Assembly: GCA_963665125.2 (NCBI GenBank)
Contig: CAXXUK010000002.1
Span: forward strand, 1,184,001 to 1,248,000
DNA from: an uncultured Desulfarculus sp.
Lineage (GTDB): Bacteria > Desulfobacterota > Desulfarculia > Desulfarculales > Desulfarculaceae
Length of the DNA stretch: 64,000 nt
Direction: 5' to 3'
A model generated the notes under the pieces. The model was not told the DNA's origin, did not search any database, and saw nothing but the letters and a program-made list of their open reading frames with translations. The translations under genes and the position numbers were made by a program. Position 1 is the first letter of the stretch; each line of letters starts with the position of its first letter. Shown here in pieces: positions 48,940 to 58,177 of the stretch.

Positions 48940-50976
48940 TTAGTAGTCGACCTTGAAAGTGAGATATGCCGAGAGGGGATCGCCCGGCGCATAGGTCATT
49001 TCACCGTTGGTGTAACTGGAGTAGTCGGAGTACTTTTCGTCAAACAGGTTCTCCACGTCCAACTCCAGGCTGTAACGCTCGTTGAAGCGGTAGGAAACCT
49101 GGCCGCTGACCACCACCTTGCTGTCGTTTTCCATGGTGTTGGCCGAGTCGATGTAGCTTTTGGAGACGTAGCGCAGCCTGAGGCGTCCGCCCAGACCCAA
49201 CTCGGGCCGGTAGCCGGCCTCGACATTGGCGATGTCATGGGGCACGCCCCTGAGTTCCTTGCCCGCATACTGCACGCCTCCGCTGATGTAGTTTTCATAC
49301 TCGGAGTCGACGTACGAGTAGTCGGCGTGGGCGTACCAGCCGTTTTCCCAGAACAGGTTGACGGCCATTTCCACGCCCTGACGCTTGGTTTCACCGGCGT
49401 TTTCCAGTTGGTCCGGATCGTCCAGCGAGGCCTGGATGTCGTCGGTGGTATTGAGGTACCAGCCGGTGATTACGATCTCGGCCCAGGGCACCGGCCTGGC
49501 CCGCAGGCCCAGTTCGTATTGGTTGCGGATGGCCGGGTTGAGGTTGTCATCCACGAACAGGTTTTTGTCCGAGGGCAGGGCGAAGCCTTTTCCATAGTTG
49601 GCAAAGACATCCCAGCCGTTCACCACCGTGAAGATCATTCTGGCCTTGGGGCTGAAGATGTTGGGTCCGCTGAGATCATAGTTCTCTTTGGGCATCTTGT
49701 CGTCCATCTCGCCGCTGAACGAATCGAAACGGGCGCCCAGGATGACCCTGAACGGCTGGAACAGCCGGTAGTCCACCTCGCCGTAGGCCGACAGTGTGTT
49801 GAGGGTGATGTTGTAGTCCTGGTACTTGGAGCCCCGGTTGCGGCCGTCGCCCACCACCAGGTTCCAGCGTTCGCGGTTGTCGTCTTCGCGCATGTAGTCC
49901 AGGCCGACAATGAGACTGGTGTCCCGGCCCAGGATTTGGCCCAGGAAGTTGTATGACGCGCCGGTGCCGAAGACCTTGCGCTGCATGTAACGCTCGTTGC
50001 CGTAGTTGGAGCCTTCCTGCTGACGGGAGGAAATCCAGTTCTGGTACCAACGGGTGAAGTCCTGGTCATAGCCCCAGCCGTAGAACAGGATCTTGCTGTT
50101 TTCGCTCAGGGCATAGTTGACGTCCACCCTGCCGTCAACGCGCTTTTTCTTGCCGCCGTTGACATCGGACACCGCCGATTCGGGGCGGGTGTCATAGACC
50201 GGCTGGGGGATGTAGCCCGGCGCGTCCCAGGTGCTGTTAAAGAAACGCAGGCCCAGGGTGGCGTCGAGTTGGTCGGTGAAGTGATAGGTCAGGCGGCCCG
50301 AGGCGTTTTGCTTGTCCCAGTCGGAGTTGTCCTGGTAGCCGTCGGTGTGATAGAGCTGGCCGGTGTAGACTTGGTCCAGCTTTTCATCCGAGCGGGCTAT
50401 GGAAAACACCGCTTCCTGGGTGTTGAAGCTGCCGTAGCGGGCCTTGAACCTGGTGAAATCACCGCTTTTAATGGTCATGAAGTGCACCACGCCGGCGCTG
50501 GCATAGTTGCCGTAGAGCGCCGAGGCGGGGCCCTTGATGACCTCGACCCGTTCGATTTCCTCGGGGATTACGATGTTGGTGTCGGCGTAGCCGTCGGTCT
50601 CGTTAAGCGGAACGCCGTCGAGATAGATGGCCGCGTCCGATCCATGGGAACAGCCGGTGAAGCCGCGCATCTGGAAGGCCGCGGCGGTGCCGCCCTGGTG
50701 GTACTGCTGGATCGAAATGCCCGGGACCAGCTTGAGGATGTCCAGGGGCGTGGTGTAGACGCGGTCTGAAATTTCCTTGTTGTCCAGCACAGTGGCGCTG
50801 GTGGCCTGGAGGTCCTCGCTGGTCACCTGGCCGCGGACAACAACGGCGTCCATTCCGATGCTTTTCTGCTTGGCGTTTTCCTCGACGGCCGTCTCCTGGG
50901 CCTGGGCGGGTGGGGCGCATAGGCACAACACCACCGCAACGGCCAAGGACAGCGCCTTGGCAGTTTTGAGTTTCAT
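48940..50976 (-). CDS. TonB-dependent outer-membrane receptor
   Basis: Signal peptide, 'DAVVVRG', plug 'LDGVPLN..IERVEVIKGPASALYG', 'ENLFDEKY' and C-terminus 'KVDY'. Confidence 0.94.
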   Translation of the reverse strand: MKLKTAKALSLAVAVVLCLCAPPAQAQETAVEENAKQKSIGMDAVVVRGQVTSEDLQATSATVLDNKEISDRVYTTPLDILKLVPGISIQQYHQGGTAAAFQMRGFTGCSHGSDAAIYLDGVPLNETDGYADTNIVIPEEIERVEVIKGPASALYGNYASAGVVHFMTIKSGDFTRFKARYGSFNTQEAVFSIARSDEKLDQVYTGQLYHTDGYQDNSDWDKQNASGRLTYHFTDQLDATLGLRFFNSTWDAPGYIPQPVYDTRPESAVSDVNGGKKKRVDGRVDVNYALSENSKILFYGWGYDQDFTRWYQNWISSRQQEGSNYGNERYMQRKVFGTGASYNFLGQILGRDTSLIVGLDYMREDDNRERWNLVVGDGRNRGSKYQDYNITLNTLSAYGEVDYRLFQPFRVILGARFDSFSGEMDDKMPKENYDLSGPNIFSPKARMIFTVVNGWDVFANYGKGFALPSDKNLFVDDNLNPAIRNQYELGLRARPVPWAEIVITGWYLNTTDDIQASLDDPDQLENAGETKRQGVEMAVNLFWENGWYAHADYSYVDSEYENYISGGVQYAGKELRGVPHDIANVEAGYRPELGLGGRLRLRYVSKSYIDSANTMENDSKVVVSGQVSYRFNERYSLELDVENLFDEKYSDYSSYTNGEMTYAPGDPLSAYLTFKVDY

Positions 50977-51182
50977 TGAATTCTCCCTTCCGTTGAGATT
51001 CGAATTTAAGTGTTTGATTCATGGAAAGGAGCAGTGGGATAATACTTCCGATGGATGGCCATGGCCGTCCGTTGCCGGGGAGGGCGGTGAAGTTACCGTG
51101 CCAGGGACTGCCGCTCTCCCTATTATCCTTGTTGCTCCGCTGCCGTGTTGCTATTTGCGCTACGCACTCCTTTCCCCCCCGA

Positions 51183-51210
51183 ATAAAAAAACCGCCCCAG
51201 AGGGACGGTC
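51183..51210 (-). terminator. Intrinsic terminator inside the 5' region of the receptor operon
   Basis: Minus strand ACCGTCCC-TCT-GGGGCGGT-TTTTTTATT, about 210 nt upstream of the receptor start codon. Confidence 0.75.
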
Positions 51211-51337
51211 TTCATACCGGTTGCTGTTTCAACTTCCGTTGTGAAACTAAAAAAAGATAGCTATGTTATGTATTTAATTCTTTTGGGCAATCTGCGCCGT
51301 TCGGAGGGCTCCCGGCCCGCCTGTTGTGAATTGCAGT

Positions 51338-51366
51338 ACTTTATATACGGTTTTTGGCAATGTCAA
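51338..51366 (-). promoter_or_regulatory. sigma70 promoter
   Basis: Minus strand TTGACA-N17-TAAAGT. Confidence 0.65.
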
Positions 51367-51602
51367 TTTAAAATATACCTATAATGGTCAAGCAGCTTTT
51401 GGACATTTTGTCACAAGGAGGGATGCTTTTATGTTATCTATGTCAAAAATAGCATTAGCGGTTGGGGCCTTTTGAAACGGTTGCCCCGGCCGGGACTCAA
51501 TGGTATCCAAGTTAACTTGTGAACGTAAATGGTGGGGTCGGTTTTTCAGTCAAATGGCTTGTTGAAAAACCGAGTTCAACAAGATACGACGTGAGGACGA
51601 TT

Positions 51603-53519
51603 GTGGCTTCCTTTAGCGTGGATACGTGGAGCGAAACATCCGGTGACAATCCGGAGGTCTTCGACATTCCCAGAGATGTTTTCGGCAAAACGGCTATAAA
51701 GGCCCTGGCGGGCTGGAAAGGCGTGGCCATATGGGATGAGGCTGTCAATCCGGTTGATTTGGCCAGGGAGTATGCATCCCGCATCGCCGGGGAATCCTGC
51801 GGAAAGTGCACGCCGTGCCGCTTGGGCTCGGCCCATGTAAAAGCTGTTATGGAGCGAATATGTGAAGGCCAAGGCCGGGAAATGGATTTGGAGGAGCTGC
51901 CGGATATACTGAAGTTCGTTTCCGAGACTTCCCGTTGCGACATCGGCAAGACCCTTGCCAAGCCGGTTTTGGATTTGCTTGATAATTACAGGAATGTGTT
52001 TGAAGAGACGGTTAGATCCGGCGTACAAGTTCCCCGGGGGGAATATGCTTCGACGTTGACGGCGCCCTGTATGGCCGCCTGCCCTTCCAATGTCGATATA
52101 CCGGGTTATATCGAGGCGTTGCGGGATGGCAAGCCTGCGTTGGCCCTGGAGATAGTTAGACGCGATTGCCCAATGCCCGGCACCATAGGGCGGGTCTGCG
52201 TGCGGCCCTGTGAAAGCAACTGCCGCAGGGGCCTGGTGGATGAGCCGCTGGCTATCAAGGCGATCAAGCGTTATCTGGCCGATAATGAAAAGCGGTCAAA
52301 GACATCAGGCGGCTCCACGCCTGTTCCTCCCAAAAACGGCAAGGTGGCCGTGGTTGGCGCCGGTCCGGCTGGTTTGTCGGCAGCCTATTACCTGGGCACC
52401 CTTGGCTACAAGACAACGATTTTCGAGCGCCAGGAAAAGGCCGGCGGCATGGCCGCCTGGGGTATTCCAGACTACCGCCTGCCCAGGGATGTCCTTGACG
52501 ACGAGATTGAAAAAGTCCGGGAGCTTGGCGCCGAATTCCAATACGGCGTTGATATCGGCAAGGATATCAAGCTGGAAAAACTGGCTGAACAGGGCTATCG
52601 GGCCGTGTTTCTCGGTGTCGGCGCGCCGGTGTCGGCCAAAATGCGTTGCAAGGGCGAAGACGATGGTTATGACGGTTTCATGACCGGTATTGAGTTTTTG
52701 GCCAAGGCTGCCAGGGGAAAACGGCCTTTGGAGGGAAGACGCGCCGTGGTCGTGGGCGGCGGCAACGTGGCCATGGACTGCGTTCGCACGATCCGCCGCC
52801 TGGGTTTTGAAGATGTAAAAATCATTTACCGCCGCACCGAGGCCGAGATGCCGGCCGATCCGCTGGAGATCAAAGAGGCCAAGGAAGAAGGCGTTGATTT
52901 CCAGTTTCTGGTGGCTCCTCTCAGGATAATCGCCGAGAACAACAAGATTACCGGCATGGAATGCCTGCGCATGGAACTGGGTGAGCCTGATCCTTCGGGC
53001 CGCCGCCGCCCGATACCCATAGACGGCTCCAACTTTATCATTGCCTGCGATGCGGTCATACCGGCAGTGGGCCAGGCCGCCACGGTGGACCGGGTTATCT
53101 CCGACAACGGCACGGTTTCACGTTGGAACACTCTGCTGGTGGACGAAGTTACCTTGCAGACCAAGCGAATGGGCATTTTCGGCGGCGGAGACTGCGCCAC
53201 CGGGCCGGATACCCTTATCGCCGCCCTGGCAGCCGGGAAAAAGGCTGCCCATTTCATAGACCAGTACCTGACCCAGGGCCACAGTTCCCTAAGCGGCGAG
53301 GAATTGGTGGAACGCATTGTGCGGCGGGCGGGCGTTTTCGACGCCGGCGAAACCTTCCCGTATCATGGCTATGAACACCAGGCCCATCCCCAGGTGGCTG
53401 CGCCGGAGGTCAGGGTCAAAGACTTTTCCGAAGTGGAGGGCGGTCTGACCGCGGCCCAGGCCAGGCATGAGGCGGAGCGATGTTTGCGCTGCTACCGTGT
53501 TGTCGTGGCCGCACTATGA
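51603..53519 (+). CDS. SfrB-like NAD(P)H-dependent FAD/FeS oxidoreductase (NuoF 4Fe-4S domain plus GltD-like domain)
   Basis: 'ESCGKCTPCRLG...RCDIG', 'APCMAACP', 'GRVCVRPCESNCRRG', 'VGAGPAG', 'VVGGGNVAMD' and 'EAERCLRC'; GTG 51603 follows GAGGA (ORF is open from 51519). Confidence 0.85.
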   Translation: MASFSVDTWSETSGDNPEVFDIPRDVFGKTAIKALAGWKGVAIWDEAVNPVDLAREYASRIAGESCGKCTPCRLGSAHVKAVMERICEGQGREMDLEELPDILKFVSETSRCDIGKTLAKPVLDLLDNYRNVFEETVRSGVQVPRGEYASTLTAPCMAACPSNVDIPGYIEALRDGKPALALEIVRRDCPMPGTIGRVCVRPCESNCRRGLVDEPLAIKAIKRYLADNEKRSKTSGGSTPVPPKNGKVAVVGAGPAGLSAAYYLGTLGYKTTIFERQEKAGGMAAWGIPDYRLPRDVLDDEIEKVRELGAEFQYGVDIGKDIKLEKLAEQGYRAVFLGVGAPVSAKMRCKGEDDGYDGFMTGIEFLAKAARGKRPLEGRRAVVVGGGNVAMDCVRTIRRLGFEDVKIIYRRTEAEMPADPLEIKEAKEEGVDFQFLVAPLRIIAENNKITGMECLRMELGEPDPSGRRRPIPIDGSNFIIACDAVIPAVGQAATVDRVISDNGTVSRWNTLLVDEVTLQTKRMGIFGGGDCATGPDTLIAALAAGKKAAHFIDQYLTQGHSSLSGEELVERIVRRAGVFDAGETFPYHGYEHQAHPQVAAPEVRVKDFSEVEGGLTAAQARHEAERCLRCYRVVVAAL

Positions 53520-53528
53520 TAAACGAAC

Positions 53529-53564
53529 CGCCGCCTGGGAGTATTGAGCCCGGGCGGCGTTTTT
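53529..53564 (+). terminator. Intrinsic terminator
   Basis: CGCCGCCTGGG-N9-CCCGGGCGGCG-TTTTT. Confidence 0.8.
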
Positions 53565-53961
53565 GCCTCGGTAATGTATCGCAGTCACTTATTTTACGGT
53601 TTTGTTTGATTCCAACAGATTGTTGGAAGGCTCCGTCAATGGCCCGTCGCCCATGACATATTGCATGATCCGGATATCTAAAAACTCTGGCATATCCAGT
53701 CCGATTTAAGGAAAATGAACAATAGGTGGCAATAATTCTGCGCGGTTAGGCGTTCCAGCCAAGCTTCGCGGAGTGGTCTGGTTGTCGGAAAACGATATGG
53801 GAATATTTCATATACCATTGGCCTGAACAAAATGGGTATTGTTAATAATTCCCTGGGAAAATGTATGGCTAGAATCTGTAATAACGATTAATATTTTTTC
53901 AATTATTCCGATTAACAACAGCCGCTCGAATCTCGGTGCCGAGCATCCCGGATAAAACATC

Positions 53962-56900
53962 ATGACCAGTTTCCTGGATAACCGACTGCCGCCCGACAGC
54001 CAAGACAGATGGCTGCAGTGGCGGGAAAAAATCCTAAAAACTGTATATATCGCCGGCATGGCGGCGGGCGCCTTTGTAATCGTTCCCCTGTTAATCCATA
54101 TCTATCACGTCAAACAGTGGCCGTTACTTGCCTTTGATTGCCTTGTCGTTGCATGGGGTGGTTTTGCCCTTTTGTTTTGGCGGCGCTTGGGTTTCAAGAT
54201 CAAGGCCGCCGGCGCTTTGGCCGTATTTCTTTTCACCGGCATTGTTGTATTGTGGCGATTGGGGCCGCTTTCCGGAGGTGGTTATTGGCTGTTTGTCTTT
54301 CCCATCGGCAGCGCCTTACTTTTGGGATTGCGCTGGGGACTTGTTGCAACAGCCGTTGACGCCGCTGTTTTTGCCGTTTTTGCCATTTTTGTGCAGAGTG
54401 GACTTGTTGCCTGGGAAATAGGGCCGGCCGGCGCTGAAAACCGATTGATCATCACGGCGATGAACTTTATCTTGTTGAGCTTTCTGTCGGTTGTGTCCAT
54501 CTCCACCTTGAACAATTTCCTATTAAACACCCTCGCCAAACAGGAAGAAACCAAAAGAAACCTGGAGCGGGAGAGCCGCCAACTCCAGTCGGCAAATGAA
54601 GAGTTGCGCCGGGAAAGGGCCATGCACGACCAAGCCCAAGGTGAATTGTGGGCTGAAAAGGAGATATCAAGGGTATTTACCGAAAAAGTTCCCCTGGCTG
54701 TGGCCCTGCTGTCGGCCAACGACGAGGTTGAATATATCAATGGAACGTTCACGGATATTTTTGGATATGTGCTCGAAGAAGTGCCCACAATTCAAAAATG
54801 GCGTGAGTTGGTTTATCCTGATCCGGCCTACCGCCGCAGGGTGGCCGAGGTGTGGGACAGAATTATTGCCAGCGACGAGGGTCACGGCGGTCCGATAAAA
54901 ATACTTGGAGTTGTCTGCAAGGACGGCACGAAAAAACCTGTTGTTTTCCGCGTGGCCACTCTGGGCAGCGGCAAGAGAATCGTGCTGTTTGAAGATTGCT
55001 CTGAACGCGTCAAGGCGGAGCAGGCCCTCCAGGACAGCGACGAACGCTACCGCCTGCTGATAAAAAACGCCCCGGTCGGCATCATTGAGATGGATATCAA
55101 AAAAGGCGTCATTGTCGACCTCAATGATGTCGCCCAGGAAATGATCAACTTCGCCCGCGAGGAAATCATCGGTAAAAGCCCGCTGGAACTACTTCCCGAA
55201 GAGGTTCACGGCCTCGTCAGCCAGAAGTTGACGGAAGCCGCAAAGGGGCTGCCGGTCGATGGCTCCATGGAATTGTACTTCACCAAAAGATCCGACGGCA
55301 AAGAGCTTTGCCTTGATGTGTCGTTCAGCAGCACGGGGGGAGACGGCGACAACTCCATAATTCCGGTGGTCATCAACGACATCACCGAGAGAAAGCATGC
55401 CGGACAGGCGCTTTTGGAAAGCGAGAGAAGATTCCGGCAAACCGCCGATCTTCTGCCGGTTATTATTATCGAGTGCAACCTTGATCTTTCCCTTGCCTAT
55501 CTTAACCGGCTTGGCATCGACAGCTTCGGCTATGAGGAAAACCGTCTTTTCCGCGAGATAAAAGTCACTGATCTTGTTCATCCGGATTTTCACCAGGAAC
55601 TGCAAAGCCGCTTGAAATTGATGCGAGCACGGCAACCAGTGCCTTCGTTCGAGATTCTATACGTCCGTGAAGACGGCTCCGAATTTTACGGTCTGGCCAA
55701 TTGCGCTCCGATAATCAATGGAGATGAAGTCGTCGGAGTGCGTAGCGCGGTGCTGGATATAACCGAGAGTAAAAAATCGCTGGAGGACTTGCGCGATTCC
55801 GAGTTCAGATACAGAACCTTATTTGAAAACATCAATGACTTGTACTGTATCCACGACTTGGACGGCAAATTGCTGGACGTCAACCCCGCCGCCGCCAAGG
55901 CCTTTGGCGTGCCGTATGAGAAGATATTGGGCCGGGCTATTTCGGAGTTTATACCCGAGACCTTCAAAGATGCGTTTTTCTCCGAGTATATGGCCAAGAT
56001 CAACGCTGAGGGATCATCCGAGGGTGTGTTCACGGTGGTGGGTCTTGATGGCAGGACGCACCACCTGGAATACCGCAATGTGCGTGTTGAGTCCAGAGGC
56101 ATGGACCCATACATTGTCGCCGTTGGCAGGGATGTAACAGAGCGTATTGTTTCACGGCGGGAGTTGCGCCGCCTACAGGTCCAGCTGCAGCAGTCCCAAA
56201 AGATGGAGGCTGTGGGAACCTTGGCCGGTGGAGTTGCCCACGATTTCAACAATATCCTTCAGGCCATCAGGGGCTACGCCGAGGTGCTCGACTTTTCCGT
56301 GGGCATGGAACCGGTTGGTAAGATCCATTTGCGTTCGATCACCGATGCCGTGGAGAGGGCGAGCCAACTGGTCCAGCAATTGTTGACCTTCAGCCGCAAG
56401 GTCGAGCCGGAACTTCAGGCCGTGGACATCAATGACGAAGTGCGCCAGACAGTGGCCATGTTGGCCCGAACCATACCTAAAATGATTGATATCAAGCTTG
56501 ATTTGGCTGATGACGCCGAACTGGTGCGCGGCGATTCCAACCAGTTGGGTCAAGTCCTTTTGAACCTTGGCGCCAATGCCCGGGACGCAATGCCCGACGG
56601 CGGCATCTTGAAGATTGCCACCGAAAACATTCTTGTTGCCGAGGACTTTTTCGAAGGAAACGTGCTTGTGCCGGCCGGCGGCTATGTGGCACTTAGCGTC
56701 CAAGACAACGGCTTGGGAATGAATAAGCAGGAGATGGCCCATATTTATGATCCATTTTTTACCACCAAACCCCTGGGCCAGGGTACGGGCCTGGGCTTGT
56801 CGATGGTTTTCGGCATAGTCAAGGGGCATAAGGGATATATTACCTGCGATTCCGCAAAGGACAAAGGTACGCTGTTCAAGGTCTATCTTCCCGTCTATAC

Positions 56901-57336
56901 CCAATCTGCCGACGCCGCAGGAAGACAAAACAGAAAGCGGCAAAACCCGAATGATTATGCCGGTGTTGAGACGATTTTGCTTGTTGACGATGAAGAGCCG
57001 ATCCTCAATACCCTTAAGTCGGTGATCGAGGCGTACGGCTATAAGACCTTAACCGCCAACAAGGGCGAGCGGGCCCTTGAGATAGCCTCCGAGGCCGGCG
57101 GTGTCATCGACCTGGTGATAATGGACCTGGGAATGCCCGGTATGGGCGGTTTGGCCTGTATGCGTAAGCTGCATGAAATGTTACCAAATCTGAAGGTACT
57201 CATCGCCAGCGGCTATTCTCAGCACGGGCCCTTCGAGGACTTGCTCGATGAAGGCGCCGCCGGATACATAAGGAAGCCATTCGCCATCGCCGACTTGATG
57301 CAAAAGATACGCAGCGTATTGGAGCCTCGGCCCTAA
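53962..57336 (+). CDS. Membrane-bound hybrid sensor histidine kinase (multi-TM, about 4 PAS, HisKA, HATPase, REC)
   Basis: 'GTLAGGVAHDFNN', 'NARDAM', 'FFTTK..GQGTGLGL' and REC 'LLVDDE..MDLGMPGM..KPF'. Confidence 0.93.
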   Translation: MTSFLDNRLPPDSQDRWLQWREKILKTVYIAGMAAGAFVIVPLLIHIYHVKQWPLLAFDCLVVAWGGFALLFWRRLGFKIKAAGALAVFLFTGIVVLWRLGPLSGGGYWLFVFPIGSALLLGLRWGLVATAVDAAVFAVFAIFVQSGLVAWEIGPAGAENRLIITAMNFILLSFLSVVSISTLNNFLLNTLAKQEETKRNLERESRQLQSANEELRRERAMHDQAQGELWAEKEISRVFTEKVPLAVALLSANDEVEYINGTFTDIFGYVLEEVPTIQKWRELVYPDPAYRRRVAEVWDRIIASDEGHGGPIKILGVVCKDGTKKPVVFRVATLGSGKRIVLFEDCSERVKAEQALQDSDERYRLLIKNAPVGIIEMDIKKGVIVDLNDVAQEMINFAREEIIGKSPLELLPEEVHGLVSQKLTEAAKGLPVDGSMELYFTKRSDGKELCLDVSFSSTGGDGDNSIIPVVINDITERKHAGQALLESERRFRQTADLLPVIIIECNLDLSLAYLNRLGIDSFGYEENRLFREIKVTDLVHPDFHQELQSRLKLMRARQPVPSFEILYVREDGSEFYGLANCAPIINGDEVVGVRSAVLDITESKKSLEDLRDSEFRYRTLFENINDLYCIHDLDGKLLDVNPAAAKAFGVPYEKILGRAISEFIPETFKDAFFSEYMAKINAEGSSEGVFTVVGLDGRTHHLEYRNVRVESRGMDPYIVAVGRDVTERIVSRRELRRLQVQLQQSQKMEAVGTLAGGVAHDFNNILQAIRGYAEVLDFSVGMEPVGKIHLRSITDAVERASQLVQQLLTFSRKVEPELQAVDINDEVRQTVAMLARTIPKMIDIKLDLADDAELVRGDSNQLGQVLLNLGANARDAMPDGGILKIATENILVAEDFFEGNVLVPAGGYVALSVQDNGLGMNKQEMAHIYDPFFTTKPLGQGTGLGLSMVFGIVKGHKGYITCDSAKDKGTLFKVYLPVYTQSADAAGRQNRKRQNPNDYAGVETILLVDDEEPILNTLKSVIEAYGYKTLTANKGERALEIASEAGGVIDLVIMDLGMPGMGGLACMRKLHEMLPNLKVLIASGYSQHGPFEDLLDEGAAGYIRKPFAIADLMQKIRSVLEPRP

Positions 57337-57370
57337 CCTTGTAAATCCCCAGATAAGAGTTGGTTTTTTC

Positions 57371-57400
57371 TTGACGGGCTAAGCTTGCAACGGCTAACAT
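57371..57400 (+). promoter_or_regulatory. Putative sigma70 promoter of the GntR-GRE operon
   Basis: TTGACG-N18-TAACAT immediately followed by the operator palindrome. Confidence 0.55.
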
Positions 57401-57423
57401 GGCTGGTGGTAATACCACCAGCC
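57401..57423. promoter_or_regulatory. FadR/GntR-type operator
   Basis: Perfect inverted repeat GGCTGGTGGT-AAT-ACCACCAGCC; core TGGT-N3-ACCA is typical of FadR-subfamily sites. Confidence 0.75.
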
Positions 57424-57436
57424 GGGAGAAGCGCTT

Positions 57437-58177
57437 GTGCAGGACATGCTCAGACCACTAAGGACCGAAAGCCTCAAAGATGTTTTTGTGGCCCAATTTG
57501 AAAACCTGATCCTTTCGGGCAAACTGGAGATCGGCCAAAGATTGCCGTCGGAAAGGGAGTTGGCGCTCCAGCTTGGCGTCAGCCGCCCCGTTGTTCACGA
57601 GGGTCTGGTTCAGCTTCAGACCATGGGCCTGGTGGACATGAAACCCAGACACGGCGCCTATGTCTGCGATTTCCGCAAAGACGGCTCCCTGGCAATGCTC
57701 AACTCCCTGGTCAGTTATGCCGACGGCGAACTGGAACCCAACCTGCTGGGCGGCATGTTGGACATGAGGCAGCATTTCGAGGTGGAGCTGGCCCGCCTGG
57801 CCTCCTTGAACCGTGACGATAAAGACCTGGGAGCGTTGTACGGCCTGCTGGACCTGGAGCAATCGGCCGACCGCTTTGACGTCGAGGCCCTCACGGATCT
57901 GGATTTCAATTTTCATCACTGCGTCGCCATGGCCACCGGCAACATGGTCTACCCCATGCTGATCAATTCCTTCCGGCAGGTCTACACGAACCTGTCCCGC
58001 CGGTTTTTCAGACAACAGGGCTTGTTTGACGAAATGGTTCCGTTTCACCAAAAACTGGTGGCTGCCATAGATTCCCAAGATGAGAAATCCGCCGTGGATG
58101 TGATGATCCGGCTTTTGGACCACGGCGCCAAGCACTTGGAACAGATCATCCTCAAACAAAGTGGGGTGCTGTCATGA
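57437..58177 (+). CDS. GntR/FadR-family transcriptional regulator
   Basis: wHTH 'RLPSERELALQLGVSRPVVHEGL' and FCD 'DFNFHHCVAMATGN'; stop overlaps the GRE start (ATGA). Confidence 0.93.
   Translation: MQDMLRPLRTESLKDVFVAQFENLILSGKLEIGQRLPSERELALQLGVSRPVVHEGLVQLQTMGLVDMKPRHGAYVCDFRKDGSLAMLNSLVSYADGELEPNLLGGMLDMRQHFEVELARLASLNRDDKDLGALYGLLDLEQSADRFDVEALTDLDFNFHHCVAMATGNMVYPMLINSFRQVYTNLSRRFFRQQGLFDEMVPFHQKLVAAIDSQDEKSAVDVMIRLLDHGAKHLEQIILKQSGVLS

Noticed and set aside
51070..51130. Cobalamin riboswitch (minus-strand AATAGGGA...CCCCGGCAAC upstream of a TonB receptor)
   Set aside because: Lacks GGUG-N-AAUCC, GCnACUG and the B12 box (AGyCrGrAgACC); the segment forms a simple stem instead. A cmscan would settle it.
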